DNA of 64,000 bases. It comes from an uncultured Gemmatimonadota bacterium. GTDB taxonomy: Bacteria > JAAXHH01. Numbering within the stretch: position 1 is the first letter of the stretch; each line of letters begins with the position of its first letter. The stretch covers positions 2,720,001 to 2,784,000 of the forward strand of contig OX638340.1 of the NCBI GenBank assembly GCA_951812955.1, given 5' to 3'. Below are positions 55,797 to 64,000 of the stretch, one piece after another. The translations under genes and the position numbers were made by a program. The notes under the pieces were generated by a model, which had not been told where the DNA came from, searched no databases, and saw nothing but the letters and a program-made list of their open reading frames with translations.

Positions 55797-57289
55797 TACA
55801 ACCCCGGCCGCTCCACGTCCTCAGCCGCCGGTCCCTGCAGGTTGACGTTGTCCGTGGTGGGCCAGCGCACGGTATACTGTGCGGAGCGGTCCCGCTTGTA
55901 TCCGGCGTGCCAGTAGTTGCTGGCGGCCAGCCACTCCAGCAGGTCTTCCTTCATCTTCGTCTTGATCCCCGCATACGCATCGTCGTCCCACCGGTTCCAC
56001 AGCTCCCCGGGATCGCCTTCCAGGTCGTATAGCTCGCCCTCCTCCTGGCCGATGTAGTAGACCATCTTGTGGGTCGGGCCGCGCATCATGATCTGGTAGT
56101 TGTCCTCGCAGAAGACATAATCCCGCGGAACGACCGCTCCATCCGGGTCGGCGTAGGGCATGAGGGAACGCCCTTCCAGGTAAGTGGGGACCGGAACGCC
56201 CGCCGCTTCGAGGATGGTGGGGCCCAGATCCATGAGGGAAACCAGGTCGCTTACGTGGTCGCCCCGGCGCCGGCGGTCCGGGTAGCGGATGATGAGCGGA
56301 ATGTGGGTGATGGTGTCGTACATGAGCCACTTGTAGGCCATGGCGTGGTCGCCTAGATTCTCGCCGTGGTCCGAACAAAAGACGACCAGCGTGTTGTCCA
56401 GGTAGCCTCTTGCCTCCAGGGCGTCCATGATTTCGCCCATCTTCTCGTCCACCGTGGTGACTTTCGCGTAATAGTGGCGGCGCATGCTATCGATGCGGTC
56501 GTCGTTCGCCAGGTACATGTTGATGCCGGATTCGTGGCCGGCCGTGGAGAACATCTTCTTCAGCGCTTCATGCTGTCGCGGTTTCTCCGCCAGTTCGTTC
56601 TCCCGGGTTACCGGCCGGGGTATCTCCACTCCGTCGTACTGGCTCAGATGGCGGGGCAGCGGGTCCCAGGGTTCGTGGGGACCCGTAAAGCCGATTTCGA
56701 GGAAGAAGGGTTTGTCGCCGCGGTGGTTGCGGATCCAGTTGAGCGCCGAATTGCCGATGAAGACGTCGCTGTGGAACCGCTCTTCCTCGTGCCACGGCAC
56801 GCCCTGCAGTTTCGTCCACCAGTCCGGGTCGGTCTTGTGCCGGTCGTTGGGCCGTTCCACCCCGTGGAAGGTCATGTACCGGCCCCAGTCGTCGTCCGCG
56901 CCGCCGCCGGCCAGGTTCATGTTGGTCGGATTCTCGACGACGACCCGTTCGTGGAACCCGCCGGGCATGTCCCGAGGCATGAAATGCATCTTGCCGATGC
57001 TGGCGCACCAGTAGCCGTTATCCGCGAGGTCCTGCACCCAGTTGCGGTGGAGTCCCCAGGGCTGGAAACTGTAGACGCCCGTGTTATGGGGGTACATGCC
57101 GGTGAAGATGGCGGCCCGCGAGGCAACGCAGGTGGCGCCAGGACAGTAGGCCTGCCGGAAGGAAACCCCTTCCCGGACGAGCCTGTCGTGGGCCGGGGTG
57201 GTCATGTGGGGATTGTCCCAGCCGCGGATCGTATCGACGCGCTGCTGGTCGGTCATGATGAGGATGATATTCGGGCGATCCGAGGGCAT
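55796..57289 (-). CDS. Sulfatase-family (alkaline-phosphatase superfamily) protein with a variant C-x-A-x-R motif and no signal peptide.
   Basis: N-terminal IILIMTDQQRVD metal-binding block. CVASRAAIFTGMYP stands in place of the canonical CxPxRxxxxTG. The C-terminal sulfatase core is present (HGENLGDH). Confidence 0.8.
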   Translation of the reverse strand: MPSDRPNIILIMTDQQRVDTIRGWDNPHMTTPAHDRLVREGVSFRQAYCPGATCVASRAAIFTGMYPHNTGVYSFQPWGLHRNWVQDLADNGYWCASIGKMHFMPRDMPGGFHERVVVENPTNMNLAGGGADDDWGRYMTFHGVERPNDRHKTDPDWWTKLQGVPWHEEERFHSDVFIGNSALNWIRNHRGDKPFFLEIGFTGPHEPWDPLPRHLSQYDGVEIPRPVTRENELAEKPRQHEALKKMFSTAGHESGINMYLANDDRIDSMRRHYYAKVTTVDEKMGEIMDALEARGYLDNTLVVFCSDHGENLGDHAMAYKWLMYDTITHIPLIIRYPDRRRRGDHVSDLVSLMDLGPTILEAAGVPVPTYLEGRSLMPYADPDGAVVPRDYVFCEDNYQIMMRGPTHKMVYYIGQEEGELYDLEGDPGELWNRWDDDAYAGIKTKMKEDLLEWLAASNYWHAGYKRDRSAQYTVRWPTTDNVNLQGPAAEDVERPGL

Positions 57290-57386
57290 CCGCGGGCTCC
57301 ATGGTGAAAATGATCAGGGAAGAAGCGCGATTTACGAAGGACGGGCCCCGGTGTGGTCGGCCCGACCCGAACGTCGACAGACCGGG

Positions 57387-58757
57387 CTATGCCACTCGGT
57401 CCTCCATCGCGCCGTTTTCGCCCGCTTCTGACCGGGGATGCAGCCTGTTCACCTCGGCCTTGATGATACGTTGCCCTTCGACTTCGCGTACCACGATTCT
57501 GGCATTTCTGAATGGCACTTCCTCACCGGATTCGGGCACCCGGCCGAGTTCATTGAAAATCAGGCCGCCTACGGTTTCGAACCCGTCCGGCGTGATATCG
57601 AGATCCAGGATGTCGTTCAGCGTATCGATATTGAGCCGGGCATGCACGATGTACGAGCCGTCGGGCATCGCCTCATACATGGGGTCCTCGTCGTCGTATT
57701 CGTCCTGTATCTCGCCGACGATCTCCTCGAGCAGGTCCTCCAGGGTCACCAGCCCCGCGGTGGTCCCGTGTTCGTCGACGACGATGGCCAGATGGATCTT
57801 GTCCTGCTGGAACTCCTTCAACAACTCGGCGGCTTTCTTGGTCTCCGGCACGACATAGGGCGGACGGAGCAACGCATCCAGATCCTTCTCTCCTTCCGGA
57901 TCTTCGCTGAGTTGAAGCAGATCCTTGGCGTAGACGACCCCCACTATATCATCGACGGAATCGCCGTAGATTGGAATCCGCGAGTGTCCCATCTCACGGA
58001 TGAGTTCCAGCAGTTCCGGTACGGGCCTGGACCTTTCGGCGCATACCATATCCACTCTCGGGACCATCACCTCGCGCACGCTGGTGTCGTGCAATTCGAT
58101 GATGCTGCTGATCATCTCCTTGTCGTCGGGTTTCAGCTCGCGGGTTTCTTCCAGCTCGAGTACCCGGTGCAGTTCGTCGTCTAACCAGTAAGGATTGCGT
58201 CCGCTGCTGAAAAGCCCCGCGCGTGCCATGCGCCGGTTGAGTAACAGCAGCGGCGTAATCAGTGGCCAGAACAGCCAGTAGCTGATGAGTACGAGTACGG
58301 CCGAGACGCGAACGGTCGGCTCGGAGTAGCGCGACACGATCAATCTCGGCAGCCATTCGATGAGCACCAGCAGCAGCCCGATGGCGAACAGTCCCGAGAA
58401 GGTCAATGTGAGTGCCGATCCGATTGATTCGGTGAGCGGCGGGGTCAGGAAAAGGGCTACCACGGAGATCACGACACCGGCCGTGGTAATGATTTTCCCG
58501 ATCAGCAAGGTAGTGAAAAGGCGTTCCTGATTGTCCAGCCACCGGGTAACGCGGTTGGACTGTCCACCCTCGTGGGCGGCCTTAAGTTCCTGGAGCGTAT
58601 TTTTGGGCAGGCTGGAAAACGCGGATTCCGCTCCGGTCAGGAGCATGGCGTAGATGGTGCACCCTGTGAGGACAAGCCATTCGACCAATAGGGGAATGTC
58701 GTCATCCACAACATTTTTCTCCCATGTGACCTTCCGGAATCCCGCTGGCGGCCGCAT
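57387..58757 (-). CDS. corC: CNNM/CorC-family transporter (DUF21 TM domain + CBS pair + CorC_HlyC).
   Basis: N-terminal 4-TM DUF21, a CBS pair (VREVMVPRVDMV...) and a C-terminal CorC/HlyC transporter-associated domain. A possible alternative GTG start at 58709 would reduce the overlap with ybeY. Confidence 0.8.
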   Translation of the reverse strand: MRPPAGFRKVTWEKNVVDDDIPLLVEWLVLTGCTIYAMLLTGAESAFSSLPKNTLQELKAAHEGGQSNRVTRWLDNQERLFTTLLIGKIITTAGVVISVVALFLTPPLTESIGSALTLTFSGLFAIGLLLVLIEWLPRLIVSRYSEPTVRVSAVLVLISYWLFWPLITPLLLLNRRMARAGLFSSGRNPYWLDDELHRVLELEETRELKPDDKEMISSIIELHDTSVREVMVPRVDMVCAERSRPVPELLELIREMGHSRIPIYGDSVDDIVGVVYAKDLLQLSEDPEGEKDLDALLRPPYVVPETKKAAELLKEFQQDKIHLAIVVDEHGTTAGLVTLEDLLEEIVGEIQDEYDDEDPMYEAMPDGSYIVHARLNIDTLNDILDLDITPDGFETVGGLIFNELGRVPESGEEVPFRNARIVVREVEGQRIIKAEVNRLHPRSEAGENGAMEDRVA

Positions 58758-59172
58758 CCGCCGAATAGACCCGTTCCTTCTCCCGCATCACTTTGCGCTG
58801 TGACGCGTTGTGGTGGTCATATCCGAGCAGATGCAGGCACCCATGGACCACGAGCCGATGCAACTCGTCGTCCAGGGACACATGATAACGGTCGGCCTGG
58901 TCCCGGGCCCGGTCGACGGAGATGTACACGTCGCCCAGGGTTTCCTCTTCCGACCCGGGTTCGTCGTCCATTTTGAACGACAGCACGTCCGTTGCGCGAT
59001 CCAGATGGCGGTACCTGTGATTCAACTGCCGGATATAAGGGTCATCGACCAGTACAACGGTCACGGCCGCATGGTCTCGGCCCTCGCCCCGAAGTACCCG
59101 GCAAGCTGCACTCCAAAGCGCCTCGCGCCGAACGTCCGGCGCGGGCAGCACGGTCTCGATATCGATATTCAA
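58702..59172 (-). CDS. ybeY: rRNA maturation endoribonuclease YbeY.
   Basis: HGCLHLLGYDH is the zinc-binding H3xH5xH motif. ~150 aa. TTG start as given by the ORF track. Confidence 0.85.
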   Translation of the reverse strand: MNIDIETVLPAPDVRREALWSAACRVLRGEGRDHAAVTVVLVDDPYIRQLNHRYRHLDRATDVLSFKMDDEPGSEEETLGDVYISVDRARDQADRYHVSLDDELHRLVVHGCLHLLGYDHHNASQRKVMREKERVYSADAAASGIPEGHMGEKCCG

Positions 59173-59190
59173 GCGTCGTCGCGGGTGGAA

Positions 59191-60156
59191 TTACAGATTT
59201 TCACAGCGTTCGTAGGCCTTGATGATGTCCTGCACGAGCCGATGCCTGACCACGTCCGTTTCCGTCAGATAGACGAAGGAGATACCCCGTATGTCCGCGA
59301 GCACATCCTGCACGTGTACCAGTCCGGAAACTTTGTCCTTGGGCAAATCGATCTGGGTTATATCGCCCGTGATGATCGCCTTTGAGTTCGCTCCCAGACG
59401 GGTCAGGAACATTTTCATCTGCGCCGTCGTCGTGTTCTGGGCTTCGTCGAGTATGACGAAGGCGCTGTTCAGCGTACGGCCGCGCATATACGCCATGGCG
59501 ATGATTTCAATGGTCCCGTCTTCGATGAGGCGCCCGGCCTTGTGGTTCGGGATCATGTCGTGCAGCGCGTCATAGAGCGGCTTCAGGTACGGGTCCACTT
59601 TTTCCCGTGGATCGCCGGGAAGAAACCCGAGACTCTCTCCCGCTTCCACGGCCGGCCGCGCCAGCACGATCCGGTCGACTTCTCCCCTGCGGAGGGCCGA
59701 GATGGCCATCGCGACGGCCAGGTAGGTCTTCCCCGTGCCCGCGGGTCCTATGGAGAATACGATATCACATTTCCGAACCTGGTCCACGTACTGCTGCTGA
59801 TTGGGACTCCGCGCGTGGATCCGTTCCTTCCGGGAAAGCACTTCGATGCCATCTCCGGCAGGCGGACCCTGATCTCCTCCGTTTTTCTTTCCCAATCGCG
59901 TTGCCCGGATAATGTCGTCCACTTCCTGTGTCCTGCCCTGCTGGACGGACTTGATCATTTCGCGCAGCACGCTGGTGATCTGCCTTACCTCTTCCGCTCT
60001 GCCCGTGATCACGACTTCTTCGCCCCGGGCCGTGATTTTCGCGTCGAATTCGCTTTCGATGGCACGCAGCCTGGAATCGTACTGGCCGTAGAGCGCGAGG
60101 GGATCGATACCCTTGGCCGATAATCGATGCGTAACCGTGTTTTTCAATGATGGCAT
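59191..60156 (-). CDS. phoH: PhoH-like ATPase (YbeZ).
   Basis: Walker A GPAGTGKTYLAV, Walker B FVILDEAQN and the PhoH C-terminal block are present. ATG at 60154-60156 (MPSLKN). Confidence 0.85.
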   Translation of the reverse strand: MPSLKNTVTHRLSAKGIDPLALYGQYDSRLRAIESEFDAKITARGEEVVITGRAEEVRQITSVLREMIKSVQQGRTQEVDDIIRATRLGKKNGGDQGPPAGDGIEVLSRKERIHARSPNQQQYVDQVRKCDIVFSIGPAGTGKTYLAVAMAISALRRGEVDRIVLARPAVEAGESLGFLPGDPREKVDPYLKPLYDALHDMIPNHKAGRLIEDGTIEIIAMAYMRGRTLNSAFVILDEAQNTTTAQMKMFLTRLGANSKAIITGDITQIDLPKDKVSGLVHVQDVLADIRGISFVYLTETDVVRHRLVQDIIKAYERCENL

Positions 60157-60347
60157 AGATTGGCAGGTCAATACATGTACGGTGCGACTCGCCTGCCTGT
60201 TCCCATTAGCCCTGAACAGGCAACGCCTTTCGCCTCGTTTCTGTAACTGAAATCTACGGGAAAAGCCGGCCGGTGTCAAGCGGATTCCGCCTGCCTTGCC
60301 GGCGATGGACCACCACCTGTCGGCGGGACCGGCGTGATGCACCGGGG

Positions 60348-60878
60348 TCAGCCGGAATGCGTCCCGATCCCAAGGCTGGCGAGCAACCCGTCGAAATTCG
60401 TCACGATCCCGTGTATTTCGCCCATGACCTCCGCGGCGGATGTCCGTACGCGATCCGCCGTCCGCCGGTCGATCAGTCCCTTGTCGCAGGCCTGGCGCAG
60501 TTCATCTTCGTCCAGTATCCGGCTGTCGCCGTCCGGGAAGAACCACAGGTCCAGCAACTGGTCGTCGTATTCCACGCGGTCAGGTCCGATTCTGACCCGG
60601 TCGCAGAGGTGGACGTAGTGCCCCGCGAGGTTCCCGTCCGGCCCGATCATCTTCCAGAGTACGTAGGGAAGCCCTTCCTCGTAGTAGGCCAGGGTCAGCG
60701 TGCCGGAAGGTATCCGGATGTCCCTGTGGCGGTACGCCCGGTCGGAACGGTAGGAAATGACCATGCGGTTGCCGCCGTGGTGGAGCAGGTCGCACGGGAA
60801 GGACTGGTCGGGCTTGCCGAGGTTGTGCTTGATCTCCGTAACGGTGGCGGTCATGGAGGGATTACGCGATCCGTTCAA
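60348..60878 (-). CDS. Hypothetical protein (176 aa).
   Basis: Protein-like composition. No recognisable motif. Confidence 0.45.
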   Translation of the reverse strand: MNGSRNPSMTATVTEIKHNLGKPDQSFPCDLLHHGGNRMVISYRSDRAYRHRDIRIPSGTLTLAYYEEGLPYVLWKMIGPDGNLAGHYVHLCDRVRIGPDRVEYDDQLLDLWFFPDGDSRILDEDELRQACDKGLIDRRTADRVRTSAAEVMGEIHGIVTNFDGLLASLGIGTHSG

Positions 60879-61389
60879 GGACTTCCCGCATTTCCTTCAC
60901 GAGGGGGCCGTTTCCGTTCTGCCTGTACCAGGTGCGGATGCGGGGGTAGATTTCTTCCATGGGGATCTTGCCCTTGTTGTCCCGCATGATCGCCTGGCAC
61001 TCCTCCGGCCGCGGTCCCCAGCGGGCCAGTTCGTTCAGGCCGTCGTCCATGAAGATGAGATAGGGAATGGCCCGCGAACCGTCGGTGAGGTACCTGTCCA
61101 TGATATCGAGGTTCTCGTCCCTGCGGAAGATCCTGTACGCGATGGAGGGACTGCGCTCCAGCAAGCGGATGATGGGCGGGAGGCTCTGTACCACGTCGCC
61201 GCACCAGTCCTCCCCGAGGATGAGCACCTTCAGGGGCGTGGCAAAGCCGGCAAAGAAACCCGCATCCTCCGGATCCAGCGACATCTCCCGGTAATTCTCG
61301 TTGAATCTCTCGAGATTCTTCTCGCTGTTCCGCATGTAGTCTTCCCAGCTGAATCCCGCGGCGAATCGATCGTCGGAAACTACGGACAT
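60862..61389 (-). CDS. Thioredoxin-like family protein (single-Cys WCGD motif).
   Basis: ILGEDWCGDVVQSLPP sits in a thioredoxin-fold context. 175 aa. Confidence 0.45.
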   Translation of the reverse strand: MSVVSDDRFAAGFSWEDYMRNSEKNLERFNENYREMSLDPEDAGFFAGFATPLKVLILGEDWCGDVVQSLPPIIRLLERSPSIAYRIFRRDENLDIMDRYLTDGSRAIPYLIFMDDGLNELARWGPRPEECQAIMRDNKGKIPMEEIYPRIRTWYRQNGNGPLVKEMREVLERIA

Positions 61390-61438
61390 GGCAACTCCAG
61401 GCTGTTTACAGGTTGAAATGAAGCGGGGTGCATATACA

Positions 61439-62005
61439 TCAAATGAACCACTCGGTGCGTTCCGAGGCGGGTACTCTTTTCTGCGCGGGGACCTGCGAAG
61501 GATAGCCGGTGTAGAGGAAACCGATGATTTCTTCCACCTGGGGATCGATATTCAGTAGCCTCAGTGTATCGGGATCCCGTATCAGCCCTCCCGTGCTCCA
61601 CTGCATGCCGATGCCTTCCTCCCAGGCGGCCAGCGAGATGTTATGGATCGCGCAGCAGGTGGCGGCGTAATCCTCCCGCGCCCGGAAGTCGTCCTCGTCC
61701 TTCTTGCAGACCACGCCGATGACGACAGGCTTGGACATGATCTTGGCATACCCCTTCTCGGTGGCCTTACGCAGTATGCCGGTATCGTCCGACTTGGTTT
61801 TCTTCCGCTGGATCTTGCAGTAAATTTCTGCCAGGTACTCCTTGGTTTTCCCCGTGACGACCAGGAAGCGCCAGGGTTCCGTCAACTTGTGGTTCGGCGC
61901 CCACACGGCCGTTTCAAGTACCCGGGCGATCGCCTCGCGGGGGACCGGTTCGGACTTGAACTCGTATATAGACCTTCTGTTGCGGATTGTGTCGAATACG
62001 GTCAT
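61439..62005 (-). CDS. Nitroreductase-family flavoprotein.
   Basis: N-terminal RRSIYEFKSEPVP...APNHKLTEPWRFLVV is the nitroreductase FMN-binding signature. Confidence 0.8.
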   Translation of the reverse strand: MTVFDTIRNRRSIYEFKSEPVPREAIARVLETAVWAPNHKLTEPWRFLVVTGKTKEYLAEIYCKIQRKKTKSDDTGILRKATEKGYAKIMSKPVVIGVVCKKDEDDFRAREDYAATCCAIHNISLAAWEEGIGMQWSTGGLIRDPDTLRLLNIDPQVEEIIGFLYTGYPSQVPAQKRVPASERTEWFI

Positions 62006-62026
62006 TTGGTTCCCGGTCCATTGAAG

Positions 62027-62224
62027 CTACTTCGGGACCGAATCCTCCACCTGGATCGACTCCACCTGGATCAGATCGCCTTCTTGCTGCGCGCCGGAGC
62101 CGCCGTGGGCGCAACTCGAGCATCCTTTCCTGCCCCGGGACGTGAACTGCCGCGTGAAGGTGCGGACGACAAAGGCAGCCGCGAGTCCAACGGTTATGGC
62201 GACGATCAGGGTTTGAAGATCCAT
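62027..62224 (-). CDS. FeoB-associated Cys-rich small membrane protein.
   Basis: 65 aa: one N-terminal TM helix (LIVAITVGLAAAFVV) then GCSSCAHGG. Lies immediately downstream of feoB. Confidence 0.55.
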   Translation of the reverse strand: MDLQTLIVAITVGLAAAFVVRTFTRQFTSRGRKGCSSCAHGGSGAQQEGDLIQVESIQVEDSVPK

Positions 62225-62303
62225 GATTATAAGATAACGGGGAAATGGTTATATGCCAAATGGTCCAGGGGCGGGTTACCCGTGCCCAATGGTCCAAGGT
62301 GGG

Positions 62304-64000
62304 TTACCCGTACCCCAGGAGACGTCCCCCCTGGTAGACAATAAAGGACCCCACATAGGCCAGGGCCGTCATGTACAGGACCATGACGATGGGCCATTTC
62401 CAGCCTTTGGTCTCTCGCTTCACGATGGCGACCGTGGCCATGCACTGGCAGGCCAGGGCGAAGAAGACCATGAGGGCGACCGCGACCAGCGGCGTGTAAA
62501 CCCGTTCGCCCGTTTCCGGGTCCACCTCGTTCTGCAGGGCCGACCTGAGATCGACCGAAGTCTCGTCGGCCTCCTCCACGTTGTAGATCGTGGCCATGGT
62601 GCTGACCAGCACTTCCCGGGCCACGAAGGAAGTGATCAGCCCGATGCCCACCTTCCAGTCGAACCCCAGGGGTTCGATGGCCGGTTCGATGAGTTGACCG
62701 AGCTGGCCGGCGTAACTCTGTTGTATGCGCGACCTGGACGACATGGAGTCGAAGTCGTCGGGTTGTGGGTAGGAGGCGAGGAACCAGAGGACGACCGATA
62801 TGGCGAGTATGATCTGGCCTGCTTCCGTCACGAAGACCTTCGCCCGTTCGAACATCTGCAGCAGAACCCACTTGAGAGAGGGACGCCGGTAGGGCGGCAG
62901 TTCCATGACGAAACTGGTGGAAACGGCATCCTTCATAAAAAACCGCTTGAACACCAGCGCGGCGCCGATGGCGACGACGATCCCGAATATATACATGGCG
63001 AACAGCATGAGCCCCTGGAGCGTAAACACGCCTAAGATCGTCATGGATGGGAAGAACGCGCCGATCAGCAGGATATACACGGGCAGGCGGGCGCTGCAGC
63101 TCATCAGCGGCGCGATCATGATCGTGATGAGGCGGTCCTTCCAGTTCGAGATCGTCCGGGTCGCCATGATGCCCGGTATCGCGCAGGCGAAGGACGAAAG
63201 CAGCGGCATGACCGAATGGCCGGACAGTCCCATGCTCTTCATGAAACGGTCCATGAGAAATGCGACACGGGCCATGTAGCCCGTGTCTTCGAGCAGGGCC
63301 AGGAAGAAGAATAGAAAGAGAATCTGGGGAAGAAAGACCAGCACGGCGCCGACACCCGCTATGACGCCGTCCACGAGCAGGTTACGCAGCAGGCCTTCAG
63401 GCAGGAATTGGTAGACAAAGGCGCCCAGGGCGCCGATCCCGTCCTCGATCAACGCCATGGGCGCTTCGGCCCAGGAAAAAACAGACTGGAAGACCAGCGC
63501 GAACACCATCAGCACGATGGCGGGGCCGGCGGCACGGTGGGTGAACACCCGGTCCAGCCGGACGCTCAGGCTGGCCTGGGCGTTTCGTTCTTCCCGAACG
63601 ACCTTCGAATACAGTTCGTCGATCTGGTCATACCGGAGTATGGTCTCCAGCATCCGCCAGGGCACCTGCATCTCGTCCAGCCTGCCCCGCGTCTGCTCCA
63701 CGATGCGTTTCAGGTCTTCCTTGCAGGAGGGATCCTGGCGGCCTTCCATCCACGTCTGAAGCGCCTGGTCGCTTGAAGTCACGCGCAGCGCTTCCGAAGT
63801 CTGCGCCACTTCGTTCAGGTTCGTATGTTCTGCAAACCAGGCCGCCGCCGGGGAGAGCGCTTCGTCGAGCAGGCCGCCCAGCAGGCGCCGCCTCGGAAAC
63901 CGTTCGGCGAAGGAGACGTTGGCCCTGCCTGATTCCGAACCGGTTGGCGCCGGTCCGGCATCCATCGGTGATCCGGGCGTGGTTTCTTCCGGCGATCCGG
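62304..64000 (-). CDS. feoB: Ferrous iron transporter FeoB (membrane domain and linker); the 5' part lies beyond the window end.
   Basis: FeoB C-terminal permease blocks (GVGAVLVFLPQILFLFFFLALLEDTGYMARVAFLMDRFMKSMGLSGHSV). The frame stays open past 63965 to the window edge. Confidence 0.85.
   Translation of the reverse strand, partial: GSPEETTPGSPMDAGPAPTGSESGRANVSFAERFPRRRLLGGLLDEALSPAAAWFAEHTNLNEVAQTSEALRVTSSDQALQTWMEGRQDPSCKEDLKRIVEQTRGRLDEMQVPWRMLETILRYDQIDELYSKVVREERNAQASLSVRLDRVFTHRAAGPAIVLMVFALVFQSVFSWAEAPMALIEDGIGALGAFVYQFLPEGLLRNLLVDGVIAGVGAVLVFLPQILFLFFFLALLEDTGYMARVAFLMDRFMKSMGLSGHSVMPLLSSFACAIPGIMATRTISNWKDRLITIMIAPLMSCSARLPVYILLIGAFFPSMTILGVFTLQGLMLFAMYIFGIVVAIGAALVFKRFFMKDAVSTSFVMELPPYRRPSLKWVLLQMFERAKVFVTEAGQIILAISVVLWFLASYPQPDDFDSMSSRSRIQQSYAGQLGQLIEPAIEPLGFDWKVGIGLITSFVAREVLVSTMATIYNVEEADETSVDLRSALQNEVDPETGERVYTPLVAVALMVFFALACQCMATVAIVKRETKGWKWPIVMVLYMTALAYVGSFIVYQGGRLLGYG

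Noticed and set aside
56366-57307. 313-aa plus-strand ORF.
   Set aside because: Antisense to the sulfatase gene.
57438-58184. 248-aa plus-strand ORF.
   Set aside because: Antisense to corC.
62227-62871. 214-aa minus-strand ORF overlapping the feoB 3' region in another frame.
   Set aside because: Gly/Arg/Pro-rich junk frame. feoB in the other frame has strong family motifs.

Overview
This is a 64 kb high-GC bacterial chromosomal window; GC was judged by eye, not computed, and looks like roughly 63-68 percent across most of the window. The ORF track reports GTG/TTG starts as M, so several first-M starts are not ATG. I found no rRNA, tRNA or CRISPR. In order along the window:

- 1-3.7 kb: the C-terminal end of a family-5 solute-binding protein, a secreted beta-propeller-like protein, an APH-fold kinase (AmgK-like) fused to a RapZ/YhbJ C-terminal domain, and a MurU-like nucleotidyltransferase.
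- 4.3-12.3 kb: a co-directional minus-strand run of PLP-type enzymes (SelA-like, class V aminotransferase, class I/II aminotransferase) and an ornithine-cyclodeaminase-family enzyme, with a convergent KamA-family radical SAM aminomutase on the plus strand, followed by a MalK/UgpC-type ABC ATPase.
- 12.4-20.7 kb: a MoxR AAA+/DUF58 pair, a possible PmoA-like protein, a class III aminotransferase, a ceramidase-like hydrolase, a sugar-phosphate isomerase, a PhyH-family dioxygenase and a small hypothetical protein.
- 20.7-21.9 kb: a low-GC patch carrying a NUC1-type non-specific nuclease.
- 21.9-26.5 kb: an internally duplicated hypothetical protein, a PfkB kinase with a Gly-rich repeat insert, a GT9 heptosyltransferase, a lipoprotein and an LpxL-type acyltransferase (an LPS core/lipid A module).
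- 26.6-30.4 kb: an iscS-iscU-mnmA operon plus an HExxH metalloprotease. The IscU homolog lacks the first conserved cluster cysteine.
- 30.7-37.1 kb: a lipoprotein, a hypothetical protein, and two tandem paralogous secreted TPR proteins of about 800 aa each.
- 37.2-44.8 kb: an RND efflux operon on the minus strand, with one membrane-fusion protein followed by two RND permeases.
- 44.8-55.8 kb: a visibly lower-GC island, all on the minus strand. It is headed by a PDZ-containing NarX-type histidine kinase and two LuxR-family response regulators. Downstream are a hypothetical protein and two paralogous beta-propeller lipoproteins interleaved with a membrane-anchored CxxC thioredoxin-fold protein and a MauE/DoxX-like membrane protein. 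The island ends in decayed propeller pseudogenes and a remnant of a second membrane-fusion-protein gene.
- 55.8-64 kb: a sulfatase-family gene with a C-x-A-x-R variant motif, the ybeZ(phoH)-ybeY-corC operon, a hypothetical protein, a thioredoxin-like protein, a nitroreductase, a FeoB-associated Cys-rich small protein, and the 3' part of feoB, which runs off the window.

The island at 44.8-55.8 kb and the aminomutase/PLP/OCD cluster at 4.3-10.9 kb are the best candidates for undescribed systems.
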